Source: Camelus dromedarius (Eukaryota). Taken from it: DNA of 64,000 nucleotides. Position 1 is the stretch's first letter, and each line of letters starts with the position of its first letter. Shown piece after piece: positions 61,013 through 64,000 of this stretch. Position numbers and translations under genes: made by a program. The notes under the pieces were generated by a model. That model saw only the letters and a program-made list of their open reading frames with translations. It searched no databases and was not told the origin of the DNA. Where the stretch lies: positions 15,810,001 through 15,874,000 of the forward strand of contig NC_087466.1 of assembly GCF_036321535.1 (NCBI RefSeq). The letters run 5' to 3'.

Positions 61013-62928
61013 TCACTGACCTTTGCCATGTGCCAAGTCCTATACTACCCACTTTACATGCACTATTTCAATCTTCAAATTGTCCCTGAGAAACAAGGAC
61101 TATTACAATCCCCATTTTACAGCTGAGGAAACTGAGGGTCAGAGAGGTGGACTCACTTACCTAAGGTCACACACCTTAGTAGGGGCAGGGTGAGGATGCA
61201 CACCCAGGTCTGCCTGGCTTCAAAGATTGTACTTTTAGCCTCTACTCTGGGATGCTCTGCCCACTAATTGGAAGCTGAGGAGGGCCCATTAGGCCACTCT
61301 GGACGTGCCCAAAATTATCTTCTACCCCCATGGACAGGAGGCTGAGCAATGAAACTTCAGGGTGTCTGTCCATTCAGGTGAGGCTTGGCTATTGGCCAGA
61401 GGGGAGATTTTTCTCCCCTGAGTTGTCCCCGTCTGTCTGGCCTCACTCTCCCCGCACTGCAGTATACAGTACTTGGCTCCAAAACTCAGTTCCCTTGCCA
61501 GCCCCAGGCTAGTGCCAGCCCTTCTCCATGGGGAGAAAGCTTCTAGGGTCAGACCTAGGCCCTGCACATTCTCGCACGGAGCCCTTCCTTTCTGGATGGC
61601 GTCCTTGAATCAACTCTGGGGACTGCGGGGTCACATCTGCTCATACTTCCTTTCAGGTAAAGGAGGGCTGGAGCTGCTAGGCTGGTGACAGAACTCATGG
61701 TCCAAGAAAGAACTTGAGGTCCCAGAAAATCTTGAAGAATGATTGCTGGACAGGGCTGGGAACAGTGCAATTCTAGGCCAGTGGTGGTGTGGAGGTGGCA
61801 CAGGCTGTGGTCTTTTCTAGCCTATTTTGGGAGCTTAGATCTCTAATCCCTGCAAGGAATCCCTCAGCGTGCTTATGAACAATTCCAATGGTCTTTCTGA
61901 GGGCCCTGGGAAAGTCTGATGGCTAATCTAGGATCAGGTTTGAGAGGAAGCAATATTGAATTAGTTTGAAATGCCCATCTTTTCTTCGGTCCATCCATCC
62001 ATCCATCCACCCAACATATATTTAGGGAGCTCCTGCCAGGAGCCAGGGATGCTTAGAGTCCCAGGGGACACACATCAGCTCTTTGTCTGCGAGGTGGGGC
62101 AGCCCAGAGTTTCCATCTACCATGAAGGACTGTGGAGTCAGACAGACTAGAGTTCAAATCCCAGCCCTGTCATTTCCTAGCAATGTGACTTTAGGCAAGG
62201 GACTTCACCTCTCTGCACCTCATTTTCCTCATCTCTGTAATGGAGAGACCAACAGCTCTTAAAATCCACCTCATAGAGTTGTGAGAAGTCAAGGAGATAA
62301 TATGTCCCCAATGCCTGGCACATAGTAAGGTCTCAATACACAACAGCAGTAGCTACCGTCTTTTGGACCTTGGCTAGGTCTTTAGATGCATTATTTAATA
62401 TCCTTGCCACCACCCTATAATGAAGGTATTATCTCTGTTTAAAAATCAGGACCCTGTGCTTCTGAGAGGCTAACTAACTTGTAAGAGGGCACACAACTTG
62501 ATTTTTCCCAGGTCCGTCTGATTCCAAAGCCTATGATCTCAGAAGTTTTGCCTCCCCCTAATTATGATTTCTGGTGGTAAGAATAAAAAATGCATGTTTT
62601 CAGGCTCACAAGGCTTCTCAAGAAAATTTAGCAGCTGGGAGTGGAGTAAAGTGAATTGTCTAGACATATGATGCTATGGAACCCCAGATGGGCCAATTCA
62701 TTGGGACCTGGTGAGGGAATCTTGCATTCATTCCAGGAGTCTGAGTTATTCTAGAGCAATTATTCTTTATCCTCTTTGGGTTCTGACTCTGTGTCTCTGA
62801 TGGAAGGTACAGCTCCTCTCCCTGGAAAAATGCCTGTGAGCACAACACACATTTTGCGCATAATTCCAGGGGGCTTGTAGCACCTTTGCAATCCACCCAT
62901 GGATCCCCCTTTAAGAACCCTCCTCTAG

Positions 62929-63215
62929 GGCAGCATTTCCCATGTGTGGCACACATATCACTAGTAGGGACTCAGATCTGTTTAGCAATATGAGGACAAA
63001 ATGTTTTATATTCTAATATCTATATTTTATAGTTACCTTGTATTTATGACAAATGACACTAGTTTTCCATTTATTGTAGTGGTATAACTTTGCCTTACAA
63101 AAGTACATTTATTTTTAAAACATAGGGAGTTTAAAGAAAAATATTGAAGAAATAGAAGTAGAGGTAAGGTGCAGGTATGGCAAAAATAATGAGGATGATT
63201 TAGGAAACGTACCTT
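62929..63215. mobile_element. hAT-Charlie-type MITE
   Basis: cagcatttccca start, AT-rich body typical of Charlie MITEs, gtatggcaaaaat near the end. Confidence 0.55.
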
Positions 63216-63712
63216 GGGTTTCTACTTGGCGGAGTCGTGGTGGGTTTGCCTTAGTGTCATCTGAGCTTCCGGAGGACTCTGGAAATGACCTGTTCTTGGG
63301 CTCTCTACATCTGATTGGATGGTACTGATTAGCCAAGTATACCGCTGAGTTTCCACTTTCTTGCCTTCTTATGGAATACCCCTAGTGCCTGTGATGAGCT
63401 GAACCTTCCCTCCTGCCAGATACTGTCTTCATGCAGCTCTGAGTGCAGGCATTTTGCTGCTATACCCACTCATTTAGTCGCATTCATTCAGCAAACATCA
63501 CGTGCCAAGTAGCAAGCATAGGCTACGCTCCGTTCACTCCCGGAAACTGTGAAATCCCCAGCGCCCCGGGATAAGCCAGCCTGTCATATGTGATGGAAAG
63601 AGCACTAGGTTTGGAGTCAGACCATCTCTGAGATTTGGCTCTGTAACTAACTTGCTGTGCAATCATGGGCAGGTCTATTCCCTTCTGTGATGTCTTTTCT
63701 GACCACACTTCT

Positions 63713-64000
63713 GATACTGTGTTTGTTTTCCTAACACCAAATACTTATGGTTCCACATCAATTCTCCAACATCAACTGGGTGTCCAACTTTTATTCATTT
63801 CTGACACTCATTCCCAGAGTTAGCAAGAACCCCACAGGCTAAAGGCACAGTCCCACAGGATTGCCCCCTCTTCCGACGCCAGCAGCAGATCAAGTTACCA
63901 GGCTCCCCTCACTGAGCCCAGCTGACTACAAATTTGGGTTCCCAATGACCGCCTCCTCAGGTTTAATAATTCTGTAGAACAACTCACAGAACTCAGGAAC
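63713..64000. mobile_element. MER21-group LTR, truncated by the window edge
   Basis: Third copy of the same core (ttctccaacatc..ggtgtcc..tctgacact..cccacagg..agtcccacag). Confidence 0.6.

Noticed and set aside
48400-64000. DYNLL1 coding exons
   Set aside because: No MCDRKAVIKNADM-like or other LC8 sequence was seen.

Overview
Mammalian genomic DNA, almost certainly a camelid, judged from seven copies of a tRNA-Ala-derived SINE resembling camelid Vic-1 and a camelid-type L1 3' end. It is syntenic to human 12q24.31. Positions 1-27 kb are gene-free and repeat-rich (MIR, L2, L1M, MER, LTR), with two orphan CpG islands at ~2 kb and ~12.5 kb. Then comes a compact cluster of alternating orientation: COX6A1 (+, 3 exons, 108 aa), TRIAP1 (-, 2 exons, 76 aa), GATC (+, 4 exons, 139 aa) and SRSF9 (-, 4 exons). 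Only SRSF9 exon 3 is fully visible; exons 1 and 4 and most of exon 2 are under N gaps. A divergent + strand first exon at the SRSF9 promoter probably belongs to the long 5' DYNLL1 transcript. Positions 48.5-64 kb are non-coding and rich in L2 and LTR sequence. I found no new protein-coding system, CRISPR array or true RNA gene. The best second-look items are: a compound inverted-repeat (foldback) structure at 51.47-51.84 kb, a candidate SRSF9 poison exon, an in-frame upstream ATG with (GCC)8 in TRIAP1, an exonic p53-like element in TRIAP1, an L1-derived GATC poly(A) signal, and several young retro-insertions with clear TSDs. Repeat family names come from pattern recognition, not a database search, and their boundaries are approximate.
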